A stretch of DNA of 46,985 bases from Bigelowiella natans CCMP2755 (Eukaryota > Protista > Cercozoa). The notes under the pieces were generated by a model. The model saw only the letters and a list, made by a program, of their open reading frames with translations. It was not told where the DNA came from and ran no database searches. Positions 13,557-24,764 of the stretch are shown here, one piece after another. The stretch covers positions 1 through 46,985 of the forward strand of contig ADNK01002785.1 in the NCBI GenBank assembly GCA_000320545.1, written 5' to 3'. Made by a program: the position numbers and the translations under genes. Positions within the stretch are counted from its first letter, which is position 1, and every line of letters begins with the position of its first letter.

Positions 13557-14786
13557 GAACTAGAGGGCGCATTGCACAACATAACTCGACGTTCAAAGGC
13601 TCTTTTCACGCACCAAATATATAATGTGGATGGAATGATGAATTGAAAATCGTGCAGGATCATAGCATAGGCGCAGTCGTGCTTGCATCCAGGTGGACGC
13701 AAGTGTTTTACCCTTGATGCGTGAACAAGGCGAAGTCTAAGGTGCCCTCAAAGTTTGAAAATTCGACTGTATCATGGAACAGAGAATCCTGTATTTTCCG
13801 GAAAAGACTCTCCATGGTGCCACTGGTGCATAACGGCGCTGCAATACCAGGGGCAATCGTCCTTCGAGAATGAGTGGAAAACGATATCTCCCGTCTTGTT
13901 TCCTGTCCCTCCCCATCCATTACTTTGTTTTTATTTTTCACCTTCTTATCCCCCGTCTCCCACTCCTCCACAGGCGCAGTTGTTGCAGCGAAGTTTAGAT
14001 TTCCTGACGCTATGCCCTGCCTCAACAGCTTCACAGAGACCATAGACGTGGTCTCCAACGCTGCCGACGAAGTCTTGTTCGCACAGCTACCGCTGCTGAT
14101 TACACTGATAGAATACCGAATGTAGCCGAAATTACTCCCCGTCCTGAACAAGCCGGTGAGTCCCATGCGGTCGACGTTCTCCTTCTCAGGCCTCCAAGAG
14201 ATGCGCTGGATGACATGCAGTTGCCGCGTGCGAGCAGGGCCTGCTCGGACGTCCGCCTTATCTCGATAGAGCTCTTCAAAGTCCTGTACATGGGGAAGAT
14301 GACAAATTAGAGAAATGTCTTCTAGGTTCAATCCCGTCGGCTAGCTGTGTTAAGGATCACCCCGCCCCTGCCCCTGCCCCTCCCCCCCCCTGGAGGGAGT
14401 TAGTAGGTATGCAATTAGTCAATTCAATCGGTTCTTCTTTTGCCAGGGTGCAACGAGATCTTTCGAGTGAAAGGGGAGCAACCCCCGTCTGCGCAGCCTT
14501 CAGTCTTAACTTTCGCTGGGGGAAAAATCGAAAGTCGAAAGTCAAAAAGGCTCCTCACCATTGTGGCAAGCTGGAGAGTGGGCAAGACCACACGTTCCGT
14601 TGCAGACTCGAACGCCTCCTCGGCGCTTCCGTATTCGCTCTGCTCGATGTGCATGTCCAAGCATTGAGCCTCCATATCAGGACTGACTTCTCGACCATCC
14701 TCGCAGAGGTAGTCGGAGGCAAGCGTGGCACCAAGGAAGATCACGAACAAGAGATTCCTCACGTAGGAGGAACGCTCGGAAGCCAT
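12323..14786 (-). CDS. Signal-peptide protein with a catalase-like-superfamily region and a C-terminal CP-motif tail (spliced)
   Basis: N-terminus MASERSSYVRNLLFVIFLGATLA. Segments LTGLFRTGSNFGYIRYSIS...VKLLRQGIASGN...FSTH and KIGQI...TISRLGDTLQF resemble catalase-like protist proteins. Exons approximately match ORFs 14424-14834, 13708-14331, 13045-13596 and 12323-12766. Confidence 0.5.
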
Positions 14787-15067
14787 GCGGCAGGCACGAG
14801 GATTCCGGTTCTTCTCCAGGAAAACGCAGTGCAATTTGTGATTGGTTTCTGTTAAATCCTTGTCGTACGTGCAACTTTTCCAAGTATCTCTCCAGTGATT
14901 TTAGCCCCTGGCGGCAGTGGGATTTTTACCCTGCGACATGACTTTGAGCGACATCTCATCTGTTGTCGTACCGGGAAACGCAAAAAAACTGCCAGAAACG
15001 TACATCTACCGGTATCAAAAATTCAAATATTCAAACTCCATCCTCGGATCGAACATCACATTCAATC

Positions 15068-17267
15068 ATGCTTCCTGGAGCTCTACGCCTTGGTTGCCTG
15101 CTTCTCCTTGCGAATGGCGGAGCCGCCTATGATGCTAGCACCTCATCTGCTTCGCTGGAGGTGTCTAGTGGGGGATTAAGTCGTCATCAGTCGTTGCTGG
15201 CCAAGAATGGCACCGAGGACGAGGAGGAATACCCGGTAGAGGAGCGGCAAAGGATTTTAGGTTCGTGAGAATTTCATGGGCGTATCTACTCGTTTCCCAT
15301 ACACTAACGCGTCATATTCATCAGAGAGTATGATACCGCCTTCGTATGAGAACGCGGTTCTGCTACCAAGAAGCTATGGAATGAGGAGACGTGGGCCTCC
15401 CTTGACTGAAGTGATGCAGTTGAACCCCTTTCCGCAGGAGTCTTTCCTCCCGGATAAGGTTTGTGTGACTTCAGTATTGTCTTTCTTCGCCATGTGTATC
15501 CCCCAGTTCTCTATGTTCATTTCAGCGTAAACGCATACAGACGTATGTTCCAAATAGCTCCAAGTATGTGAACAGAGTGAAAAGGAAATGTTCCGCCGTT
15601 AGGTTTTCAAGCACAGCGACGCCACCAAGTTTGTCGTCAGCCAAGACGGGGCATGGTACGCCTCCGAGAACAAGGAAAAATCAAGCCAATTCCGCAACCT
15701 GGTAATTGCGAAGTGCGCTGCACTAATATGTGATAGCCCAAATCAAACATATTTTATACATATATATTAGGTGCAAGATGTTATTTTTCTCTTCGTGAAT
15801 CATAAGAGCGGGGGGCATGCCGGGCAACAGCTGCTAGAGTTGAACATGAAGGGCAAAGTAAGCGCAGACGTAGAGCACTTTCAATTTCGCTGGCTGGAGG
15901 CTGCGGCCACGAGCAGAACGAGATTTGGAATCGCATTCTTCAACATGCTTGATAAATGCGAAAGGGACGCCGGTAAGAACATTCTTCTCTACATCAAGAG
16001 TAAGGACAATGAGGGGGTCTGCTCCGATGAGTGCAGAGCAACTTGCGACTCGTACATGAATATGTTTATCAAGAAAGTGGGATCGAGAGCAAAGACTGTT
16101 AGAGCCCGCGCGGTCGCGGGGGGGGGCGACGGTACAGTTACATGGTTGATGGATCACTTAACGGTGGGAGCCCATTCCGTGCACGTCCCAATCGGCGTTA
16201 TTCCCTTCGGAACCGGAAACGACCTCTCGCGACAGCTCAACACTCCTGAGGGAAAGAAGGTATGCTCAGGAGCAGGAACTGTCGGTGGGTTGAAGGCAGC
16301 GATGGGCTTGGGCCACGATATTACCACCGTTGCTGGGGTTCTAGAGATTGCTAAAAAATTCATTCAGGCCTCAGTCAAGCCGTTCGATCTTTGGACCTTC
16401 ACTGTGGAGGCAAAGGGATACGATGAAACCGCACCCATTCACAAATCGGCCCTCGGAAACATAATGGAGCTCGATGGTTCGGGCGACAACTTGGTGCCAA
16501 TGGGCTTCCGTTGCAAGAAGTACCTCAATGACAAGAAAAACTGCGTCAAGTTCGAGCAAACCCTTGGCAACTATGGATCAGTTGGCTTCGACAGCTTAAT
16601 AGGGCTCGAGTTTGAGAAGTGGCGACGGCATCAGGAGAGCACCACACCCAATAAGAACAAGTTACAGTATGGGATAATCGGCGCCAAATATTATAAGAAA
16701 AGGAAGAAGTCCCCCGATTTTCCTATTGAATACCAGCCACTCAACGGATACGTCTCAGAGGTGTACGATGAAGACGTGAGTACCCACCATCACCATCGAA
16801 GGGCTTTCAGATCCAATGTCAGTGCGGGGGTGGGACAATATCCATGTGAGCCGGAGAGCCGAAATGACTACCGTAGTCTAACCTTCATGAATGTGGAGTG
16901 TATCGCAGGTGGACAGCACAAGTGGCCCGCCCCCAGGAGCATTCCGTCGCAGCCTGACTTCAGCGATGGCTACATCGAAGGCCTCGCGTTCAAAAACCCG
17001 ATCTCTATGGCCGCGCTGGACGGAACAATCACGGAACCTTGCGTTCTTGGGCAGTACCAACTTCCCACGATTACTTTCCAGAGAGATGTCCCGATCGTTA
17101 CCACCTTTCAGGTGGATGGGGAGTTTTACGCGGTGGATCAACCAACAAAGGTCTACATCAAGAAGCGCGCGCCGGTCAATGTCGTTGTCCTTGGCAAAGG
17201 CAATGAACATGGCCCCAGAAGCGTTGACGTGTCGATGGCACAGCCCCATTTGATCAAGTTTGCATAG
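15068..17267 (+). CDS. Diacylglycerol kinase family protein with an N-terminal signal peptide
   Basis: DAGK motifs VNHKSGG, AGGGDGTV, PFGTGNDLS, NYGSVGFD, FSDGYIE and QVDGE. Three upstream exons (15068-15260, 15324-15458, 15603-15701) join in phase to the exon starting at 15771. Confidence 0.88.
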
Positions 17268-18229
17268 CATAGTACACTAGATCAAGGATCTATGCATATT
17301 TGGCACTGCCAAACATTCATATAAATAGACATTTGAACAAAACCTGCGGACGCAATGGAGAGAAATTGTGCAACCTACTAAAGATGCGTGCGCGCATGCA
17401 ATGTGTGCAAAAGTGAAAAATGCGTCCAAGCAGAATGTCTGCAAAAATACTCTTTTTTTACATGTTCGTATGTGCACATGACCATGTGTTTGATCGCATT
17501 GTGAACGCAGCTGCATGCATGTGCGCAAGCGTGCCAGGAACTTTTGACGCATGGGAATCAATCCCATGCAATTGTGACAACGTGATGCATGCATCTGAGC
17601 CAGCGTGCAATTGACTGAACAGAGTTCAAATAATAGACATAGTAATAGCATATATATGATATTACGTGTCTATAATTCAATTGATCGTTCATTTGACGCT
17701 GCCACTTCACAACGCTACATGAATCGATGTCGAGGTGTGAACACATGCAAAGTGAACGTGAACTCAAGTGCGGGTGCAGTCAACACGTGTGTTCGAACGA
17801 GCAAACGAGTGAAGAGCGTTTCCAACGGTTCATCAGCCGACGAAAGGATCAAAGGAAATGCTCACCCCACACTAGCACAGCACCCTCCCTGCAACAAGAT
17901 TCAAGATTCGTGTTTTCTTCAACGTTTGACCAAGACGTGCCATTGGCGCTGCCAACGCACATGGCTAGAACAGTTGCCTGTGGGGGGAGGAGGACAAATC
18001 AAGGCAGGAGGAAAACTTAGTTGTGTTCATCAGAGATGTCAAAACTCATGTCTTCTCATGTTCCACTGCCACTGCAACAACAACAACTACTGCTACTGCT
18101 GCCACCACAATGTCCATCCCCACTGACGACGCAACCTGGTGCGAATGGCCTCACGAATGAGGGAAACAGTTGGACTAGAAGTGAATGAATGAATGAACAA
18201 ATGAATGTGTGAAGTTGTCGATTTCACAC

Positions 18230-20340
18230 TCAGCTAGTCAGGAAAGGCCAGAAAGAAAATGGAAAGAAATGTGATGATGGAACACATTTCCAAAGCATTG
18301 CATGACCCTTGCAAAGCATGAAGCGCAGTGCCTCGAGCTGAACACAGCGAGGACTGCTAGACTGATTGGCAAAACCAGCATGACTTGAAAATCGGTGTGA
18401 TGGCTGCTCACAAGCAGTGCGACTTGCGGCAATGTGATGAAGATGCAATGCATCCATTCTTGACCAACAAAGAAAGAAAGAAACTTTGATGGATGAAGAT
18501 GAAGATGAAGATGATGAAGATGAACAAAGCATTGATCAAAATTGCACAATGAACTGACGTTTCCAAAGTGCAGCATGACACTTGCAATGTGCGAAACTGC
18601 GAACTTCCTGAAGGCCAATGCAGCACGGTGATCCACGGCAACAATGAACAATGATGGTGAACTGCACTTCCAAAACGTTGCACGGCAAGGAAACAATGAA
18701 AAAATGATGAAAAACTGCACTTCCAAAGTGTTGCAAGACACTTGCAGCGTGCAAAGTGCAGTGCCTCGAACTGGTTTCAGTGAGGACTGTGACTAGCAAA
18801 TCAACCAGCTGGTTTGCCAAAATGGCATGACTTGGTCATTGAGAAGCAATGACATTGGCAGCAAAATTCTGACGGCGCAAGACCTCCACTCTGAGCAAAA
18901 ACTTCCTGAAGGCCATGTCCATGTGACGATCCACGATTGGATCATCTGAGGGGGCCCCCAGCAGAATTTTGGTTTTGGAGGAGTCTGGAGCGTCAAAGAA
19001 TGAAGAGTGGAGGGAAGAAGCTGAACTCAGAGCTGATCTCATGTGCGAGAGAAGCTTGCATCTCTCTGCATTCAAGTGAGTGCAATGATGGATGAGGTGG
19101 TTGACACTTTGAACAACTTCAGCATTGCAAAGAGGATGCGCCGAGAAAGAGGGGGGCAAGTTGCAAACTTTGGCCCTGTGCTCCTCAGTTTCGCAAGTCC
19201 CAGCGCGGAGCTGAAGTTTGAGCAACACACCTGAATTGTCATGCCAATCATCAAAATGACACTCAAACAATCTGGAAGCTGGCCTTCCAATGTGGCTCCT
19301 CGCCCAGGCTCTGGATTTGCAAATTGGGGTGTCGGGTTTGACGAACGAATGAAAGCTGCGACACAAGTTGCCATTGGTGGACAGATGAGCCCTGACTCTG
19401 CGATTGAGGTCAACACCAACCAGTTTTGGATGGGACTGGTCCAAGTTGACTGACAGGTCCAAGCCACAGGCAGATTGGTCACAGCCAGTGACACGGTGAA
19501 GAACAGACCTGACGTTGTGACCCCAACTTGAGCACAGAGCATCAGCCTGATCCAGGGACAGATGCAGAAGATCCTTTGTCATGGATTCATCAGGTTGCTG
19601 ACGCATCCTGCTCAGGAGGCTCATGAGAGACTTGTCCCAGCGGGCCTGTGAATCTTCCTGGCCACATTCAGACAACAGGAAGCACAGTGGTTGGCCATGG
19701 GCACGATCGAAGAGTCGACGTCTCTCTGAGGAACTGAGTCTGGACACTCTGTGGCCGGTTTTTGAGACATTGAGGCAAAACGGGACAAATTGGACCCATG
19801 CCACATTCAAGAGTGGGGCGCACGAGAGCATTCCAAAGATGGATCCGTGTTCTGGGTCGGAGGCCTGAACGCCCAGCAAAGCTGCACTTGAGCCTGCCGG
19901 AAGCTCGCTTCGCCACTTTCACAGTGTCCATGATGTGTGTGTGGAACGACAAGGAGCTTTGGAAGGTGATTCCCAAGTGTCGATGTTGGTTCACCACGCG
20001 CATCAATTCCCCACAACATCTGAACTCACATCGTGAACACTCCTGTTTGAGAACAGAAGACCCGACAATCATGATGCCAGACTTGTCTCCGTTGGCCTTG
20101 AGTCTCCATTCTCTGCACCATTGAGTCGTCACTTCAAGAGCTAGCTTGATGTCTAGAGGAGTGGCAGCAACCAGAGCGATGTCGTCTGCAAAGAAGAGAC
20201 CTGGTCTACGAGTGTTGGCAAACTGGACGCCACAACCACGCTGTCTCAGCCGTTCTGTGAGGTCGTCAAGGAGCAAGCCCGCAAGTGTAACTGATGCATT
20301 CAACCCAAAAGATCGACCTGGTGAATCAGAAGGCATTGCC
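18230..20340 (-). mobile_element. 5'-truncated, frameshifted non-LTR (LINE) retrotransposon, TpA-hypermutated
   Basis: ORF 19668-20336 has RT domains 5-7 and thumb (GLFFADDIALVA, WCREWRLKANGDKS, HRHLGITF, LVRPTLECG). ORF 18836-19879 continues in another frame with a Cys/His finger (LCNAEVVQSVNHLIHHC). Element boundaries are approximate. Confidence 0.9.
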
Positions 20341-20635
20341 TCTCTGCGACAACAACATCATCATCACAATCAGTGTGAAAACGGCTTACCTGCACAAGAC
20401 TACGGCATTCGCTGGGGGCAACTTCAATCAAATTCTAGGTGGAAAATGGGTCATATTTAAAATGCGACAAGTCGTAATCGTTGTCGCAGATCGTGGACTC
20501 CGGTAACTAATTTTCCCCGCTGCGTCGACGCACTCAGGCTGCCATTTCCCCGTCCCTACCCCAACAAAAAACACAGTCACACACCGAAACGGGTGCTGAA
20601 CTCAGAATAAACTCTTAGGACTGAAGAAATTGACC

Positions 20636-21963
20636 ATGGCTGGACAAAATAAGCGACCAAAGGTAGAATGATACATCTCATGTGATTTTTTCAGGGGATG
20701 ATCTGGTTATTCTTCAGGTGGAGACAGATAAGGCTCCTTGTTCTGATGATGAGCTCTACGCTTTGTACTTCGCTATCATCGGAGTTTTAGCCTCCGCGCT
20801 AATGTTCAATTCGGAGACCATAAAGGTTGTGTTCGTACATTCCACAAAAACTGGATTGATAGCGCCAACATAAATCGAGCCACCACCAGCCCATGGCACA
20901 CGAATCTGACTTATTTGAACAACCTTTCTCTCCGCAGAACTTCATAAGTTCGGGGTATTCCCCCATGGCTCTGATAAATTCAATCAAAACCTTCACTTGG
21001 AACAGCGGGGTGACGAACTGCTCTAGTCTGCAATTTCTCTTCGTTGTCCACGTTGTCTACGTCTGCTGCCTGTTTGCAGTCCAGAAGTATGCGGTAGGTG
21101 AAACGCTTCTGAGCAGCAACCCATTGAACATTTTCGGCAATTATTTTCCTAAGAATGGGAAATTTTGTGCTTTAGGCTTCGCGTACGACCATTCCCGGCT
21201 GGCTCCCAGCTATGCGCAAAGCTCACAACTGTTTCCTGGCTGTTCTATCGGCTCTTATGCTTACTGGGCTTATTGTCGGAGGAATCATGGACTCGCGCTT
21301 CGAGTCTTTATACGCGTAATTTGAATACTTTTCTCACACTATTCATCTCATAATCATTCTCTATGCCGACCAATCCCAACTTTATCTTGCTTGTGACTTC
21401 CAGTTTGGTTAATGTGTATTTTTGTGTGTGTTTTTGTGTCTGCGCGGGTTGCTATCAGGTTTGGGTGCCGCCGACCGATTAATGAGAACCAACCCGGCTT
21501 TGTCGTATGGACAATGTACATCTTCTACCTGTCGAAGATGCTGGAGTTCTTTGACACCTTCTTCCTCATCCTAGCGAAGAAGAAAGTGATCATGCTGCAC
21601 AAAGTCCACCACCTCACCACGATGTCTCTCGTTTGGCATTCTCTTGAGGCTAACATCAACAGTGAGATCCTTTCCGGAGGTCTCAACTGCTTCGTTCACA
21701 CGGTCATGTACGCCTACTTCGCCTACCCCAAGGGCAACGCATGGCTCCGTCAGTACATGACCAGCACTCAGATTCTCCAGTTTGTGCTGTGCCTCATCGC
21801 CTTTGTGTACGCAGTCTACGCCCGTCAACTAACCGACACACCATGTTATGGGACGCTTGCCTCCGAGTTGCATGGAATCTTAATGTACGGCGTGTACCTG
21901 GCTATGTTTGCGGCTTTCTTCCACAGTCAGTACATCCTGAAGAAGAGAAGTGGCGCCTACTGA
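20636..21963 (+). CDS. ELO/GNS1-SUR4 fatty acid elongase (spliced)
   Basis: Motifs FYLSKMLEFFDT, LHKVHH (HxxHH), NCFVHTVMYAYF and TSTQILQF. Exons ~20636-20661, 20719-20825, 20938-21093, 21176-21316 and 21459-21963 join in phase. Confidence 0.92.
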
Positions 21964-22816
21964 GGCTGCTGTCCATACCTAGCGCTTTATATTCGCGTTC
22001 GTCTAAAGATGCGTTTGCATACGAGTCGACGACGGAAGGCTCACCTCCTTATTTTGCCTCCAGTTTTCTCGTGTGGTTGTTGAGTGCCAGCGATGACCAC
22101 CTGAATAATCTCGAGGCCATCTTGCCTTATTCACGTTGTCAATAGATGTCTTCGTTCATCAAAGCGAACGTAGAAACAAAAATAGGAAATGAGATGCTAC
22201 ACTATCATGAGCGAGCGAAACATAGCGTTTGGTGGCTAGATGTACCGGGAGGGCTTACGTGGCCGAAGTACGACAATGGAGCTCGGTACATCTGATCTAA
22301 TGATGATCGTCAACATTGCAGTTGTACGGATTGCTATGGCATGATGTGCACTGCTGATGCCGTGTCAAATAAGTGATGCACCTAGAACGGTAAGCGTGCT
22401 AGCGTGTACCACACGAACGTGCATGCATGTGCGCGAGATAACAAACCTAGAAACACGTACATGTGCTAAGTTGGTGCGGAACTTCCTGCAGTAATAATTG
22501 TAAACCCACGTACGTAGCAGTATCACACATGCAAGATTATGTGATCTTTTTTGCCTACTCGCCCATGTTCGCATGTCGTGTGCTGCACAAATGCAATTCT
22601 GCTTCTCATGAAGCCCGCCAAGGTGTTTCTGCACGTACACACAGTGCGCGACTTCGACTATGTAGTCGTGCTATCATTTTCTTCGCCAAGGTACATGCAC
22701 GTGCACACGTCACACATGCAGTAGTCGCATACACGCAATAAAATTTTGATATTATGTGATGATGAAATTGAAGAGATGAAAAAATATACCGGAGACCATA
22801 GAATCATCATCAGTCG

Positions 22817-23487
22817 TCAGCCAAGGGCTTCTCTAATTTTCCTTTGGACCGTAAATGTTATCCCAGATGCAGGAATTCCTCGTATCACTAAGCAACACAT
22901 GCATGAAGCACACAGTATAACAGCGTTTGAGACTACAGAGACATTGTGAATGTAAGTTTGGAGTAAATGGTCGGTTATTCTCCCACTATTCTTGTACGGG
23001 GGGGGAGGTTGACGTCACAAGTTGATGATGTGCTAATCATATCTCATGATCAACAACAGTATTGACGTCTGAAAGGGCTGATACCTGCAATTCCAATGCC
23101 TCGGTAAAGAGTAACGAGTCCATTTTTCTGCAGCAAAAGAGTTCTCAGCACTGTCATCGTCGAGCCCGCGCTGGAAGAGTCCACTTGCACCTGATGTTTC
23201 CCCCCGCCACATTTTCTCACCGTCAACAACTGAATATCTTGTACGGAGTGAATGGTCATATACGTCTAATGGTGTGTGGGGGAGGAGGCAGGTGTGAGTG
23301 TAGATCGAGGAGTCACATACCATCGATTTGATCGTATCTAGCGGGAACGCAACTACCCAGAAACCAATTCCACCGGCAATGCCTGAAAGCATGAGTCCTA
23401 GCGTGCCCGTCAGGCCTATTTGCGGGCAGACGTGCCGATGTGTCATCTCGAAGAACCCTAAGAATCAAAAGCCTTCATTACTCTCGA

Positions 23488-23524
<37 letters not shown>

Positions 23525-24764
23525 CGCCTTCCCATGGTAGTTTTCGCCGAAGTTTGTATGCTTACCGAACCATGCGGCGACTCCTATAGAGTCTCTCAGG
23601 AACGTAGGAAGTATACCTCGCCACATGCCCTACCAAAACAGAGAAAAAGCTGGACTTCTCAGTTGTTACAGGGAAAGAGAGTGGTGTGTTGATTTGAGGC
23701 AGTTTTCTCTCCCAACCGACCATGATTCCGCGCTGCCTGATCACATCACGGGCAATGTCAACATCACCCCTGGGCTTGAAGGAGCCCTTGCCTGATTGCT
23801 TGTCCCTGGATATCTTGCTATCGTACTGAACCATCTGACAAACAACAACAACAAGAACAACAACAACAATAACAACATGAAGCGGCCACTTCTTTGAGCT
23901 CACCCACTGACCGAAAGAAGGGCTTGGCGAAAGGTGGCAATCATTTCATCCTCTTCTTACCAGGTTGTTGCGGATCAGCTCTACCGGAGTCACAACGAAC
24001 GAATTGACTCCGCCAGCGACGGCCCCGGCTAGCATTATCTGCCCAATCCCAGCGCGCCTTCCGTTTTCTGACAGGAGCCATTCTTACGCGCGCACCGTAC
24101 CGAGAGGTCATATGGTTCGTGTTACCGATTTTTGAGGAAGAAGAAGGAATAGATGAGAAAGGCCTATCCAAGGCACGCTTGACGCCATTGTACGTCGTAA
24201 AAATCACAGCTTTATAGACCGCTTGAGCCATCAATGGCGACCATATTCCCTTGTACCTTTACCATAAAAAAAAAGGCCTTAATAACGTAATCAATCGCTC
24301 GGCGCGAATCGGTACTGGCGTTGTGATATGGGTGCGAGACTTACAAGGCTTTCCATCCCTCGTATCTCAGCGTCTTCACTGGATTTTCGATTTGTAAAAG
24401 TAAGGTTGGGCAAAGGCAGCGTGCACACAGACATGGTGTTTTCGTTTCTAGTGGTTAATCGAACCCGCACAATCCAAAGCTCCGGAGTACTTAGCGCCCG
24501 ATACTTCAGCTGTCTGCATCGTTAAGTGCTACATCATCGTCCTGCGTCAGAATTGTTCGAAAGTCGTCAATTACCTGCAAACGCGTGCGAATGGTGTCCA
24601 GTGGATGCACGACGATCGTGGCACTTATGCCAGCTACACTTCCTGATAAAACCTTATGGTACACATGCTGAACATCAATCTCTGTGTACGAGAAAGGGGT
24701 GGACGAGTGCTCGAATTAGGGAGTGGGTGACCTGCTTGGTGGCCTCTGAGGAAAGCACAGGCAT
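22817..24764 (-). CDS. Mitochondrial carrier (SLC25) family protein, carnitine/basic amino acid carrier-like (spliced)
   Basis: Three carrier signature repeats after splicing (HPLDTIRTRLQ, TPVELIRNNL, FPLDTIKS), plus YSGALDC, EGWKALYKG, MWRGILPTFLRD and LYRG. ATG at 24764, TGA at 22817-22819. Confidence 0.9.

Noticed and set aside
18796-20141. CpG deamination or classical RIP as the cause of the TG/CA excess
   Set aside because: CpG is plentiful here and TA is absent. Classical RIP would raise TA, and CpG decay would not remove it.
19668-20336. RT as a diversity-generating retroelement or retron
   Set aside because: The motifs and C-terminal Cys/His finger are LINE-like. No template/variable repeat pair is visible, and the changes are context-specific on both strands rather than A-to-N on one.
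18207-20380. Target-site duplication for the LINE (gtgtgaa near 18207 and 20373)
   Set aside because: Only 7 bp with uncertain element ends, so it is insufficient support.
17600-20460. Many overlapping 60-170 aa ORFs on both strands rich in His, Cys and Met
   Set aside because: This is a by-product of TA loss, which removes TAA and TAG stops and converts Tyr codons. They are not independent genes.
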